DNA of 64,000 nucleotides from Candidatus Marinacidobacterium sp. (GTDB lineage Bacteria > Acidobacteriota > Vicinamibacteria > Marinacidobacterales > Marinacidobacteraceae), in assembly GCA_965220965.1 (NCBI GenBank), contig OZ244852.1:2176001-2240000 (forward strand), read 5' to 3'. Positions 35,953 through 46,005 of this stretch are shown one piece after another. The notes beneath the pieces were generated by a model. That model did no database searches. It was not told where the DNA came from and saw only the letters and a program-made list of their open reading frames with translations. A program made the translations under genes and the position numbers. Numbering within the stretch: position 1 is the stretch's first letter; each line of letters starts with the position of its first letter.

Positions 35953-37952
35953 GCGGCGGCCGCCGGCAGCGTCGCGCCCCGGGGGGAGCGGACGGTCCGC
36001 TCCCGACGGGCGGGCAGAAGAGTCAGCAACGTTCCAAGGAACATGACGAAGCCTCCGATCCAGACCCAGCGCACGAGAGGGTTCCGGTAGACGTGGATTG
36101 TCGCCTTGCCGTCCTCGGTGAGTCCGGAGAACACGAGGTAGATGTCCTCGCGGAAGTTGGCGTGGCGCCGGACCTCCGATGTGACCTGCCCGGTCGCGCG
36201 GTCGACCTGGCGGCGCGGCTGAAGGACTCCCACGGGCTCGCCGTGCTTCGTGAGCGTCAGGTCGGCCCCCAGCCAGGTGTAGACCGGCGTCTCCCCGGAG
36301 GGGAGGTTGCCGAGGGTGACCTCCCAGGGCCCCATCCGCGTGCTCTCGCCAGGCTCCAGATCGGCGATGACATCCCGGTTGAACGCGTTGCCGGCGAAGC
36401 CGATGAAGAGCGCGACGATCCCGAGATGCACGACGTACCCGCCGTAGCGGCGGGCGTTGCGGCGGAAGAGATCCGCGAGGGCGGCGCCATAGCCGCCGCC
36501 GCGATGCGCTCGCCGGGCCCGGACGCCGCGGTGGAACTCGGAGAGGATCGTGGCGATGACGAAGGCGCTCATCGCGAAGGCGACCAGCGCGTAGGGGTGG
36601 CGGATCCCGAGCGCCACGAGCAGGACGAGGGCGGCGACGGCGCAGACGGTGGGAAGCACGAAGTTCCGCCGCAGGCTGTCCAGCGAGGATCGGCGCCAGG
36701 CGAGCAGCGGTCCGATGCCGGTCATGAGGAGCAGCGCCAGCCCGAGCGGCACGTTCACCCGGTTGAAGTAGGGGGCGCCGACGGTGATCTGCTCGCCCTG
36801 GACCGCCTCGGAGAGAACCGGAAAGAGCGTGCCCCACAGGACCGCGAAGCAGGCGGCGAGCAGAAGCAGGTTGTTGAAGAGGAAGCCCGACTCGCGGGAG
36901 ACGACCGAGTCGAGCTGGTTCTCGGAACGGAGATCCTTCAGCCGGGAGATCAGAAGGCCCGCCGCGACGAGCGCCGCGATCACGATGAACGCGAGGAAGC
37001 GCCAGGCGAAGTCCGACGAGGCGAATGCGTGGACCGACGAGACGATCCCGCTGCGGGTCAGGAAGGTTCCGAAGACGGCGAGCAGATACGTCGCCATCAC
37101 CAGGCCCGCGTTCCAGACCTTCAGCATCCCCTTGCGTTCCTGGATCATCACCGAGTGCAGGAACGCGGTGCCGGTGAGCCAGGGCATGAGCGCGGCGTTT
37201 TCCACCGGGTCCCAGCCCCAGTAGCCGCCCCAGCCGAGTTCCACGTAGGCCCAGCGGCCGCCGAGGAGGATGCCGGTCCCGAGGAAGAACCAGGCGACGA
37301 GCGTCCAGCGCCGGGTGTTCCGGGTCCAGGCGGCGTCCAGCCGCCGGGTCCACAGCGCCGCGATGCAGAAGGCGAACGGGACCACGAAGCCCACGTACCC
37401 GACGTAGAGCACGGGAGGGTGGATCGCCATGATCGGATGCTGCAGCAGCGGGTTCAGACCGCTGCCATCCACCGGCGCGAAGGGGACCGGTCCGGCGGCG
37501 GTGATCTCGGCGAGCTGTCCGAACGGGTTGCAGACGGTGAGGTTCATCCAGGCGAAGAACAGCACGGCGATCGAGAGCGTCGTCGTCACCTGGGGGATGA
37601 GCTCGTCGCGTCGCTTGAGGACCATGACGGCCGCCGCGAAGACGAGCATCAGGAAGGTCCAGAGCAGCAGGGACCCGTCGTTTCCCGCCCACAGCGCCGA
37701 GATCTTGTAGGCCGTGGGCAGCGCGGCGGAGGAATAGCTCGCGACGTACTGGAACCGGAAGTCGTCGGCGAGGAACAGCGCCAGCAGCGCCGCCACCGAG
37801 AGCGCCGAGAAGCCGGCGGCGGCGATCAGCGCCCGGCGGGCGCTCGTGATCAGCGCGTCGGAGCGCTGGCGCGCCCCGAGGAACGACGCGAGCGCCCCGT
37901 AACCGCAGAGCACGACCACCGCCATGAGGGCGAAGTTGCCGAGGTGATGCAC
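35949..37952 (-). CDS. ccmF: Heme lyase CcmF
   Basis: WAGNDGSLLLW, GLNPLLQH..M.IHPP, WAYVELGWGGYWGWDPVENA, FLTRSGIVSSVHAF. Confidence 0.96.
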   Translation of the reverse strand: MHHLGNFALMAVVVLCGYGALASFLGARQRSDALITSARRALIAAAGFSALSVAALLALFLADDFRFQYVASYSSAALPTAYKISALWAGNDGSLLLWTFLMLVFAAAVMVLKRRDELIPQVTTTLSIAVLFFAWMNLTVCNPFGQLAEITAAGPVPFAPVDGSGLNPLLQHPIMAIHPPVLYVGYVGFVVPFAFCIAALWTRRLDAAWTRNTRRWTLVAWFFLGTGILLGGRWAYVELGWGGYWGWDPVENAALMPWLTGTAFLHSVMIQERKGMLKVWNAGLVMATYLLAVFGTFLTRSGIVSSVHAFASSDFAWRFLAFIVIAALVAAGLLISRLKDLRSENQLDSVVSRESGFLFNNLLLLAACFAVLWGTLFPVLSEAVQGEQITVGAPYFNRVNVPLGLALLLMTGIGPLLAWRRSSLDSLRRNFVLPTVCAVAALVLLVALGIRHPYALVAFAMSAFVIATILSEFHRGVRARRAHRGGGYGAALADLFRRNARRYGGYVVHLGIVALFIGFAGNAFNRDVIADLEPGESTRMGPWEVTLGNLPSGETPVYTWLGADLTLTKHGEPVGVLQPRRQVDRATGQVTSEVRRHANFREDIYLVFSGLTEDGKATIHVYRNPLVRWVWIGGFVMFLGTLLTLLPARRERTVRSPRGATLPAAAA

Positions 37953-38077
37953 TACGTCAGTCGGGAAGAGCCGCGCCGGCCCTTTCCGCCCTCTCCACGG
38001 ATCGGCGGATCATGCGCGCCCCCGGCGGCTCGGTCGGCGCGACGGACCGCCCCCTGGCGGGGAATGCGTCCTCGAAC

Positions 38078-38548
38078 TCAGAGTCCGTCGGTCGCCTGGC
38101 GGCCCGGCGAGCCGGCGGGACGCGGCTCCGGCGAGCCGGCGTCCTTCGTTTCCTCGTAGGCCGCGTCGTACTTGGAGGCGCACTTCGCCTGAACGTGGTC
38201 GGCCTCGAAGGAGCCGTCGGCGAGGAGCTCGCCCTCGGCGACGGCCTGGGCCCGATCCACCAGCGTGTCGGGCAGCGGCTCGCGCCCGGTGTACAGGACC
38301 GCCAGACGCGACCCCTCGTGCTCGATCTGGAAGCGGACGCGACCCTCGCCCTCGGAGGCGATCGTGCCGGGGACAACATCCCCCGCAACGCGCAAACGCC
38401 GCCCCTCGGCGCCCGGCCCGAGCGAACGCAGCTCTCCCACCGTCTGGTAGTAGGCCTTCCCCTCTTCGAACCCGGTGACCAGCAGGCCGGTAACCGCCAG
38501 CGCGAAGAGAACGCCGCCCACCACGAACTTCATCCGACGAAGCCCCAT
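38078..38548 (-). CDS. ccmE: Heme chaperone CcmE, CxxxY variant
   Basis: YY.TV.EL, LRVAGDV.PGTI, PLPDT, AVAEG, AKCASKY. Confidence 0.9.
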   Translation of the reverse strand: MGLRRMKFVVGGVLFALAVTGLLVTGFEEGKAYYQTVGELRSLGPGAEGRRLRVAGDVVPGTIASEGEGRVRFQIEHEGSRLAVLYTGREPLPDTLVDRAQAVAEGELLADGSFEADHVQAKCASKYDAAYEETKDAGSPEPRPAGSPGRQATDGL

Positions 38549-38720
38549 AACAGCCCCATCCTAACACCGTGACGCGGCCTCGGGCGGATGCCCCGGCCGC
38601 GCTCCGGAACCCTCCCGGGCCGCGGCGAAACCGGGGCGCCATCCGCGGGACGGGATCCGACGGGAGGCGCCGCCAGGAAGTAGACTTGGGGGTCCGTCCG
38701 CGTCTGCGGCATGGCGTCCC

Positions 38721-41084
38721 GTGCCCCTCTGGTTTCCCTCGCGTCGAGAGAGTCGGGGCTCCGCATTGTTCCGAGGCGTCGCGGCGCTCCTGCTGCTTGG
38801 ACTTCCGGCGGCCGCTTTCGGGAGCGCGCGCCAGCAGGCGTCGGATCAGCAGGGGGGTCAGGGCTCCTCCGCGCTTTCCTCGGTCGCGCCCGCGACTCCC
38901 GAGGCGGACACGCTGTTCCGGGAGATGGGCCTGGGCCCGGGGGAGGCGATCCACCGCGACGCCGACGGCGCGGTCGTGCTGCGGGCGTTCCGGCTGGAGG
39001 CCCCGCTGGATCTGGACGGCGCGCTCGACGACCCGGTGTATGACGAGGTCCCGGCCGCGGAGGGGTTCACCCAGCAGGAGCCGGACGAGGGCGCTCCGGC
39101 GTCGGAGAGGACACGGGCCTGGGTCTTCTACGACGACGAGAGCATCTACATCGCAGCGGACCTCGAGTACGAAGACCCGGAACTGATCGTCGCCAGCGAG
39201 ATGCGGCGGGACCACCGCAACATCGGCTGGAACGATTCGTTCTCGGTCATCCTCGACACCTTCCACGACCGGCGGAACGGATTCCTGTTCCACACGAACC
39301 CGCTCGGGGCGCTGTTCGAGGGGCAGGTCACCGACGAGCGGAACACGAACAGCGACTGGAACACCGTCTGGTGGTCGGAGACGGCCCGCACGCCCACCGG
39401 CTGGTCGGTCGAGATCCGGATTCCTTTCCGCTCGCTCCGGTACCCCGCCGGCGGCCTCCAGCAGTGGGGCATCAACTTCCGGCGCATGATCAAGCACCGG
39501 AACGAGCGCGCCTTCCTGACCCCGATGTCCCAGGCTTTCAGCCGGGAGGCGCTGCTGCGGCTCTCGTCGGCGGCCACCCTGGTCGGCCTCGAGGCGCCTC
39601 CCGGCTCCCGCCGGATGGAGCTGAAGCCCTACGCCATCGGGTCGCAGAGCCACGTACCGGCCAACGAGGTCCTCAACGAATGGGGCGGGGACTTCGGGGC
39701 CGACTTCAAGGTGGGAGTGACCGAGGGACTGACCGCCGATCTCACCTGGAACACCGACTTCGCCCAGGTCGAGGACGACGAGAGCCAGGTGAACCTGAGC
39801 CGGTTCAGCCTGTTCTTTCCGGAGAAGCGCGAGTTCTTCCTCGAAGGTCAGGGCGTCTTCGATTTCGGAGGGCGGCAGACCCGCGCCTTCGGCGGCCCCA
39901 CCGACATTCCGATCCCGTTCTTCAGCCGGTCGATCGGCATCTCCGGCGGCGCCGCGGTCCCGATCATGGGCGGCGGGCGTCTCCACGGTCGGCAGGGCGC
40001 CTACACGCTCGGCCTGATGAACATCCAGACCGGGGAGGTGGACGACCTCGAGGAGCAGTCCACCAACTTCACCGCGGTCCGGGTGAAGCGGGACGTGTTC
40101 GCCCGCAGCAACATCGGCGTCATCGCCACCCACCGGAACCGGACGGCGGACGGAGGGGGGGCGAACTCGCTGCTGGGTGTGGACGGCAACTTCAACCCGA
40201 CGGACCACCTGCGCATCAACACCTTCTACATGGCGACGCGCGATCCGGACCAGGACCTGAACCACCGCGCCGCCAGCTACATGGGCCAGGTGAACTACGA
40301 CCGGGACCTGATCGGCTTCTCGCTCGAGCGCCTCTATCTGGGAGAGGACTTCAACCCGGAGATGGGGTTCGTCCGGAGGTCGGATTTCCTCAAGACGGGG
40401 GGAAGCCTGAAGATCGCGCCGCGCCCCCGCTCCATCGAAGCGATCCGGCAGTTCGAGCTCGAGCTGCAGGGAAGCAACTACGACCGCCCGGACGGCGAGC
40501 TCGAGACGCGGGAGTTCTCGGCCCAGGGGACCATCATTCTGGAAAGCAGCGACCGGCTGGTCTTCCAGTGGCAGCAGACCGAGGAACACCTTCTCGACGG
40601 GTTCAATCTGTCCGACGATGTCGCGGTCGGCGCCGGGGAGTACCTGTTCCGGCGCGCCGCGGCGCGCCTCTGGCTCGGCTCCCACCGGCCGGTTTCCGGT
40701 TTCCTCCGCTACGAATGGGGCGATTTCTTCGGCGGGAGCCGGCGCGAACTGACCTATTGGGGGCGCGCCGAAGTGAACGAGCGCCTCTCGCTCGAGCCAA
40801 ATCTGAGCCTGAACTGGATCGAGGTTCCGGCCGGCGACGTGCAGGCCACGGTCGCGCGGGTGCGGGCCGCCTACACCCTGACGCCGCGCAGCTACCTGGC
40901 GGCGCTGGTCCAGTACAACTCCGCCGCCCAGCTCATCTCGACCAACCTGCGCTTCCGCTGGGAGTACTCCCCGGGCAGCGACCTGTTCGTGGTGTTCAGC
41001 ACGAACCGGGACGGCGATGACGGCATCTCCGGGCTGAGCGACCGCACGCTGGTCGTCAAGTTCACCCGGCTCTTCCGGTTCTGA
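38721..41084 (+). CDS. DUF5916/CBM9-like domain outer-membrane protein (paralog 3)
   Basis: LDLDGALDD, NTDFAQVEDDESQVNLSRFSLFFPEKREFFLE; ends VKFTRLFRF. Start uncertain. Confidence 0.85.
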   Translation: MPLWFPSRRESRGSALFRGVAALLLLGLPAAAFGSARQQASDQQGGQGSSALSSVAPATPEADTLFREMGLGPGEAIHRDADGAVVLRAFRLEAPLDLDGALDDPVYDEVPAAEGFTQQEPDEGAPASERTRAWVFYDDESIYIAADLEYEDPELIVASEMRRDHRNIGWNDSFSVILDTFHDRRNGFLFHTNPLGALFEGQVTDERNTNSDWNTVWWSETARTPTGWSVEIRIPFRSLRYPAGGLQQWGINFRRMIKHRNERAFLTPMSQAFSREALLRLSSAATLVGLEAPPGSRRMELKPYAIGSQSHVPANEVLNEWGGDFGADFKVGVTEGLTADLTWNTDFAQVEDDESQVNLSRFSLFFPEKREFFLEGQGVFDFGGRQTRAFGGPTDIPIPFFSRSIGISGGAAVPIMGGGRLHGRQGAYTLGLMNIQTGEVDDLEEQSTNFTAVRVKRDVFARSNIGVIATHRNRTADGGGANSLLGVDGNFNPTDHLRINTFYMATRDPDQDLNHRAASYMGQVNYDRDLIGFSLERLYLGEDFNPEMGFVRRSDFLKTGGSLKIAPRPRSIEAIRQFELELQGSNYDRPDGELETREFSAQGTIILESSDRLVFQWQQTEEHLLDGFNLSDDVAVGAGEYLFRRAAARLWLGSHRPVSGFLRYEWGDFFGGSRRELTYWGRAEVNERLSLEPNLSLNWIEVPAGDVQATVARVRAAYTLTPRSYLAALVQYNSAAQLISTNLRFRWEYSPGSDLFVVFSTNRDGDDGISGLSDRTLVVKFTRLFRF

Positions 41085-41107
41085 CGCCCGCCCGGACGAG
41101 GGTTCCC

Positions 41108-43480
41108 GTGGTGGGGGATTCCCGGCGCCGTTTCCGGTGTGGCCGCCGGTTTGCCGGCCTTGTCCTGGCGGTCACGCTGGCGGCGTTGCCCGCCGACGCC
41201 CAGGCCGCAACCACCCATCAGCAGGCGGAGGCGTCTCCGGGGTCGTCGCGCTCCGGGCAGGGCGGAGAGCCGCCCACCTTCGTGATCCGGGGCCCGGCGC
41301 CCCCGGACTCGCCGGAGATGGTCCGCCGCAACGACCGGGGTGAGGCCACGATGCGCGCGACGCGTCTCGAAGAGCCGTTCGAACTCGACGGACGGCTGGA
41401 TGAGGCGGCCTACGAACGGGTACCGGGGGTCAGCGACTTCATCCAGGCGCTGCCGCTCGAGGGGGAGCCCGCCACCGAGAAGACCGAGGTGTGGGTCTTC
41501 TACGACGACGACACCGTGTACATCGGCGCGCGCTGCTGGGACTCGGAGCCCGACCGGATGGTCGCGACCGAGATGCGCCGGGACCACTTCGGGATCTTCA
41601 ACAACGAGAACCTGGCGGTCATCTTCGACACGTTCTACGACCGCAGGAACGCCTTTTTCTTCTACCTGAACCCGCTCGGGGGCTTCTTCGACGGGCTGAT
41701 CGTGGACGAGCGGAACGTCAACCGGGACTGGAGCGCGGTGTGGGATTCCCGCGCGACCCGGTTCGACGGGGGCTGGACGCTCGAGATGGCCATCCCGTTC
41801 AAGACGCTGCGCTATCCCACCGGGGGAGAGCAGGTCTGGGGCATCAACTTCCGGCGGGTCGTGCGCTGGAAGAACGAGATCTCCTACCTCACGCGGGTGC
41901 CGGCGGCGCTCGGCCCGCGCGCCATCACCAAGGTGAGCTCCGCCGGGACCCTCGTCGGGCTGAACGCCCCCGCCAGTTCCCGGACCGTGGAAGTCAAGCC
42001 CTATGTGATCGGGGACTCGGCCGGGCTGCGGGGCGACGCCGCCGCGTTCGAACGCGACTACGGCGGGGATTTCGGCGTGGACGCCAAAGTCGGGATCACC
42101 TCCGGGCTCACCGCCGACCTGACCTGGAACACCGACTTCGCCCAGGTCGAGGCGGACGCCCAGCAGATCAACCTGACCCGGTTCAGCCTCTTCTTTCCGG
42201 AGAAGCGCGAGTTCTTTCTCGAGGGACAGGGCATCTTCGGGTTCGGGACATCGACCCGCGCCCCGCCGCAGGGGTCCACCCGCAGTTTCGGAGCGCCGAG
42301 CAGCACGCCGGTGCTGTTCTTCAGCCGGCGCATCGGCATCGAGGACGGGCAGTCGGTCCCCATCCTGGGGGGCGGCCGGGTCACCGGCAAGATGGGGGAC
42401 TACAACGTCGGGGCGCTCGCGATCCGCACCGGCGCGAACGACTCCACCGAAACGGGCGGGACGGACTTCGGCGTGCTCCGGCTGAAGCGCGACATCCTGA
42501 ACCGGAGCACGGTGGGCATGATCGGGACCTACCGCTCGGGGACCACGGCGGGAACCGGGCGGAACTACGCCTGGGGCGCGGACGCCCGGTTCGGCTTCTA
42601 CGACCACCTCGACATCCGCAGCTACGCCGCCTGGACCCGGAACGAGTTCGACACCTCGACCGGACTCAGCTATCTGGGCCAGCTCGACTACAACGCGGAC
42701 CGCTACGGGCTCCAGCTCGAGCGCCTCGTCGTCGGAGAGGGCTTCGACCCCGGGATCGGCTTCCTCCGCCGGGAGAACTTCCAGCGGAACTACGCCGAGG
42801 CCCGGTTCAGCCCCCGGCCCCACTCCATCGGCTGGCTGCGCAAGATCGGCGGGACCACCAGCCTGGACTACACGACGGACAACGACGGGAACCTGGAGAC
42901 GCAGATCTTCCAGGTTCGCAGCGATGTGGAACTGGAGAACGGGGACAACTTCAACCTCACGCTGGCGCGCAACCGGGAAGTGCTCCCCGAGGCCTTCGAG
43001 CTGAGCGACGAACTCGGGATTTCCGAGGGCGACTACGACTTCGACACGCTTCGGCTGAGCTGGCAGGCCGGACCGCAGCGGCCGATCTCCGGCAACTTCG
43101 CCTTCCAGCAGGGGGGGTTCTTCTCCGGGACGCGAAGCGAGTTCGCCTGGCGCGGCCGGGTCGAGGTCTCCTCGCGCTTCACCGTGGAGCCCACGCTCTC
43201 GCTCAACTGGATCGCCCTGCCCGAAGGCGACTACGACACCGGGCTGGTGGCGACGCGGGTGAACTACACGCTGTCTCCGCGCAGCTTCCTCGCCGCCTTC
43301 CTCCAGTACAACACCGCCGCCAACAGCCTGTCGACGAACATCCGCTTCCGCTGGGAGTACCAGCCGGGGAGCGACCTCTACCTCGTCTACAACTCGCTTC
43401 GGGACACGCTCGCGCCCGGATACCCGGAACTGGACTCGCAGTCCCTCATCGTCAAGTTCACCCGGCTGTTCCGGTTCTGA
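41108..43480 (+). CDS. DUF5916/CBM9-like domain outer-membrane protein (paralog 4)
   Basis: ELDGRLDE, NTDFAQVEADAQQINLTRFSLFFPEKREFFLE; ends VKFTRLFRF. Tandem with paralog 3. Confidence 0.85.
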   Translation: MVGDSRRRFRCGRRFAGLVLAVTLAALPADAQAATTHQQAEASPGSSRSGQGGEPPTFVIRGPAPPDSPEMVRRNDRGEATMRATRLEEPFELDGRLDEAAYERVPGVSDFIQALPLEGEPATEKTEVWVFYDDDTVYIGARCWDSEPDRMVATEMRRDHFGIFNNENLAVIFDTFYDRRNAFFFYLNPLGGFFDGLIVDERNVNRDWSAVWDSRATRFDGGWTLEMAIPFKTLRYPTGGEQVWGINFRRVVRWKNEISYLTRVPAALGPRAITKVSSAGTLVGLNAPASSRTVEVKPYVIGDSAGLRGDAAAFERDYGGDFGVDAKVGITSGLTADLTWNTDFAQVEADAQQINLTRFSLFFPEKREFFLEGQGIFGFGTSTRAPPQGSTRSFGAPSSTPVLFFSRRIGIEDGQSVPILGGGRVTGKMGDYNVGALAIRTGANDSTETGGTDFGVLRLKRDILNRSTVGMIGTYRSGTTAGTGRNYAWGADARFGFYDHLDIRSYAAWTRNEFDTSTGLSYLGQLDYNADRYGLQLERLVVGEGFDPGIGFLRRENFQRNYAEARFSPRPHSIGWLRKIGGTTSLDYTTDNDGNLETQIFQVRSDVELENGDNFNLTLARNREVLPEAFELSDELGISEGDYDFDTLRLSWQAGPQRPISGNFAFQQGGFFSGTRSEFAWRGRVEVSSRFTVEPTLSLNWIALPEGDYDTGLVATRVNYTLSPRSFLAAFLQYNTAANSLSTNIRFRWEYQPGSDLYLVYNSLRDTLAPGYPELDSQSLIVKFTRLFRF

Positions 43481-43496
43481 GGCCGACGACGAGCGG

Positions 43497-44486
43497 CTAT
43501 CCCGCGACGAACCCCCGGGCGATCTCTCCCAGCCAGGGTTCGATGTTCCGGTAGAGCGTGTTCCGGCAGTGGAAGCGGTAGAGGTAGGTCCGCCCGTCCA
43601 CGAAGTTGTAGACGACCCACTCGAGGTAGTCGGCGAGCTGGGTCTCGAGCGAATAGAGGACCGCGATCCCGCGGCCGTCGTCGAGGATCTCGTGGCGGAG
43701 CATCCGGTAGTTCTCCCCGAGCGACGCGGCTGATTCGCTGTAGAAGCCTTCGAGCGTCACGCCCGGTTCGGCCTGGCTGACGGTGACCTCGAGCGTCGCG
43801 TGGACGGTCGAGCCGTCGGCCTCCACCGCGAGCGGCCCGCTCCGGAATCCCACGAACAGGGTCTCATCCGCCTGCCGCAGAAAGTGGGAGCGGGTCCAGC
43901 TCTTCGGGGTGCGGAGCGAGAGGTTGAAGTCGGGCTCTTCGTAGAGGTCGAAGGTGTCCGACGACTCGATGGAGAACTCCTCGTAGAGCCGGTCGAGCGT
44001 CGGGCCGTACGCCTGGATGCTGCGCGCCTCTCCGGTCGTGAAGACCCCGTAGAGGAGGTCGTCCGACTCGACAAGCAGCAGGCGGCCGGCCTGCGGGCGC
44101 CGCTCCCAGGCGAAGGTCCAGAGCATGCCCTCGTCGTCGCCGTAGAGCACCGGCTCCTCCGACTCGACGATCTGCTCGCCGATGTAGAAGCGGTCGGCGA
44201 CCTCGCGCAGCGTCTGTCCCGAGGGCGCCGGCCCGGCCATCACCTGAACCTGGATGCCGTCGCGCTCGGGAACGTCCACCGACGGACCGCTGAACGTCGT
44301 CATGCGGTATCCGCCCTGCTGGGTGGACGCCGAGTTCCAGCCCTGCGGCAGCGGGAGCGAGACCTCGATGTCCGGCAGATAGACGGTGATCAGGGGCGGC
44401 TGGCCGGCGTACTGGCAGGAGAGCGCCGACAGCGCGAGCGCGGCCAACGGCGCCAGCGCCAGAGGCGCGCGAAGACTCCGGGCCAT
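43497..44486 (-). CDS. Putative lipoprotein with two PsbP/DcrB-like domains
   Basis: Lipobox-like LSALSC; two repeats beginning SLPLPQGW and SLRTPKSW, each ending in an amphipathic helix. Confidence 0.6.
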   Translation of the reverse strand: MARSLRAPLALAPLAALALSALSCQYAGQPPLITVYLPDIEVSLPLPQGWNSASTQQGGYRMTTFSGPSVDVPERDGIQVQVMAGPAPSGQTLREVADRFYIGEQIVESEEPVLYGDDEGMLWTFAWERRPQAGRLLLVESDDLLYGVFTTGEARSIQAYGPTLDRLYEEFSIESSDTFDLYEEPDFNLSLRTPKSWTRSHFLRQADETLFVGFRSGPLAVEADGSTVHATLEVTVSQAEPGVTLEGFYSESAASLGENYRMLRHEILDDGRGIAVLYSLETQLADYLEWVVYNFVDGRTYLYRFHCRNTLYRNIEPWLGEIARGFVAG

Positions 44487-44517
44487 GGTCCGCACAGGGG
44501 TCCTCATCCACCGGCCG

Positions 44518-46005
44518 TCAATCCAGCCGGTAGTTCGGGGCCTCCTTGGTGACCACAACGTCATGGGCGTGTCCTTCCCGCTGCCCGGCGCCCGTCACCT
44601 GGACGAAGGCCGCCTCGGCCTGGAGTTCGGGGATCGAGCGACAACCGGCGTAACCCATCCCGGAGCGCAATCCTCCCACGAGCTGCTCGACCACGCCGGC
44701 GAGCGGACCCTTCGTCGGCACCCGGCCCTCGATCCCCTCGGGGACGAGCTTGGATCGCGGGCGCCCCGCCTGGTAGTAGCGATCGGCGTGCTCCCCGCTC
44801 ATGGCGCCGAGGGACCCCATGCCGCGGTAGCTCTTGAAGGTGCGGCCCTGGAAGAGGATCGTCTCCCCGGGGCTCTCGTCCGTGCCGGCGAGGAGGTTCC
44901 CCACCATGACGCAGTCGGCGCCGGCGGCGAGCGCCTTCACGATGTCGCCGCTGAAGCGGATTCCGCCGTCGGCCACCACCGGCACTTCCGCGGCCGGGCA
45001 GGACTGGCGAATCGCCGTGAACTGCGGCATGCCGGTTCCGGCCACCACGCGCGTGGTGCAGATGGAGCCGGGCCCCATCCCGACCTTGACGCCGTCGACG
45101 CCGGCGTCGCTCAGATCCCGCGCGGCCTCGGCGGTCGCGATGTTCCCCGCGACCACATCCACCGATTCGGGGAGTTCCTCGCGGAGCCGCCGCACGGTGT
45201 CCACTGCGGACCGGGTGTGGCCGTGGGCGGTGTCCACGACCACGGCGTCCACCTGGCGCTCGGCGAGCCGGTGGGCGCGGGCAATGGCGGCGTCCCCGAC
45301 CCCTACGGCGGCGGCGCAGCGGAGCCGTCCCAGCCGGTCCTTCGTCGCGTCGGGGTAGGTGCTCGCCTTCTGGATGTCCTTCACCGTCAGAAGGCCGGCG
45401 AGCGCGCCGTTCTCGTCAAGAACCGGCAGCTTCTCCACCCGGTGCTCGTGGAGGATCGCCTTGGCCTGTTCGAGCGTGGTGCCCAGAGGCGCGGTGTGGA
45501 GCGGCGCCCGGGTCATGAGCTCCGACACCAGGAGGTCGCCGCGGGTCTCGAAGCGGAGGTCCCGGCTCGTCAGGATGCCGACGAGCGCGCCCTCGCGGAC
45601 GACCGGCAGCCCCGAGATGCCGTGGCGCTCCATCAGGTCGAGGGCGTGGGAGACGGGGGCGTCCGGCGCCACGGTGACCGGGTCCACGACCATGCCGCTC
45701 TCGGAGCGCTTCACCTTGGCCACTTCGGCCGCCTGTTCCTCGACCGTGAGGTTCCGGTGAATGACCCCGATGCCGCCAAGCTGCGCGAGGGCGATCGCGA
45801 GGCGCGCCTCGGTGACGGTGTCCATGGCGGCGCTGACCACGGGAACGCGGAGCCGGATCCGGCGGCTGAAGCTCGTCTCCACGTTCGCGTCCGCCGGCAG
45901 GACCTCCGAGTAGCGGGGAACGAGCAGGACGTCGTCGAACGTCAGGGCGACCGGCGGATCCCCGGGCCCATGCCCGGCGCGCGTGACGGGAGCTTCGGAG
46001 GTCAT
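44518..46005 (-). CDS. guaB: IMP dehydrogenase
   Basis: [23 protein letters not shown] pair, [19 protein letters not shown]; ATGA overlap with secA. Confidence 0.97.
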   Translation of the reverse strand: MTSEAPVTRAGHGPGDPPVALTFDDVLLVPRYSEVLPADANVETSFSRRIRLRVPVVSAAMDTVTEARLAIALAQLGGIGVIHRNLTVEEQAAEVAKVKRSESGMVVDPVTVAPDAPVSHALDLMERHGISGLPVVREGALVGILTSRDLRFETRGDLLVSELMTRAPLHTAPLGTTLEQAKAILHEHRVEKLPVLDENGALAGLLTVKDIQKASTYPDATKDRLGRLRCAAAVGVGDAAIARAHRLAERQVDAVVVDTAHGHTRSAVDTVRRLREELPESVDVVAGNIATAEAARDLSDAGVDGVKVGMGPGSICTTRVVAGTGMPQFTAIRQSCPAAEVPVVADGGIRFSGDIVKALAAGADCVMVGNLLAGTDESPGETILFQGRTFKSYRGMGSLGAMSGEHADRYYQAGRPRSKLVPEGIEGRVPTKGPLAGVVEQLVGGLRSGMGYAGCRSIPELQAEAAFVQVTGAGQREGHAHDVVVTKEAPNYRLD

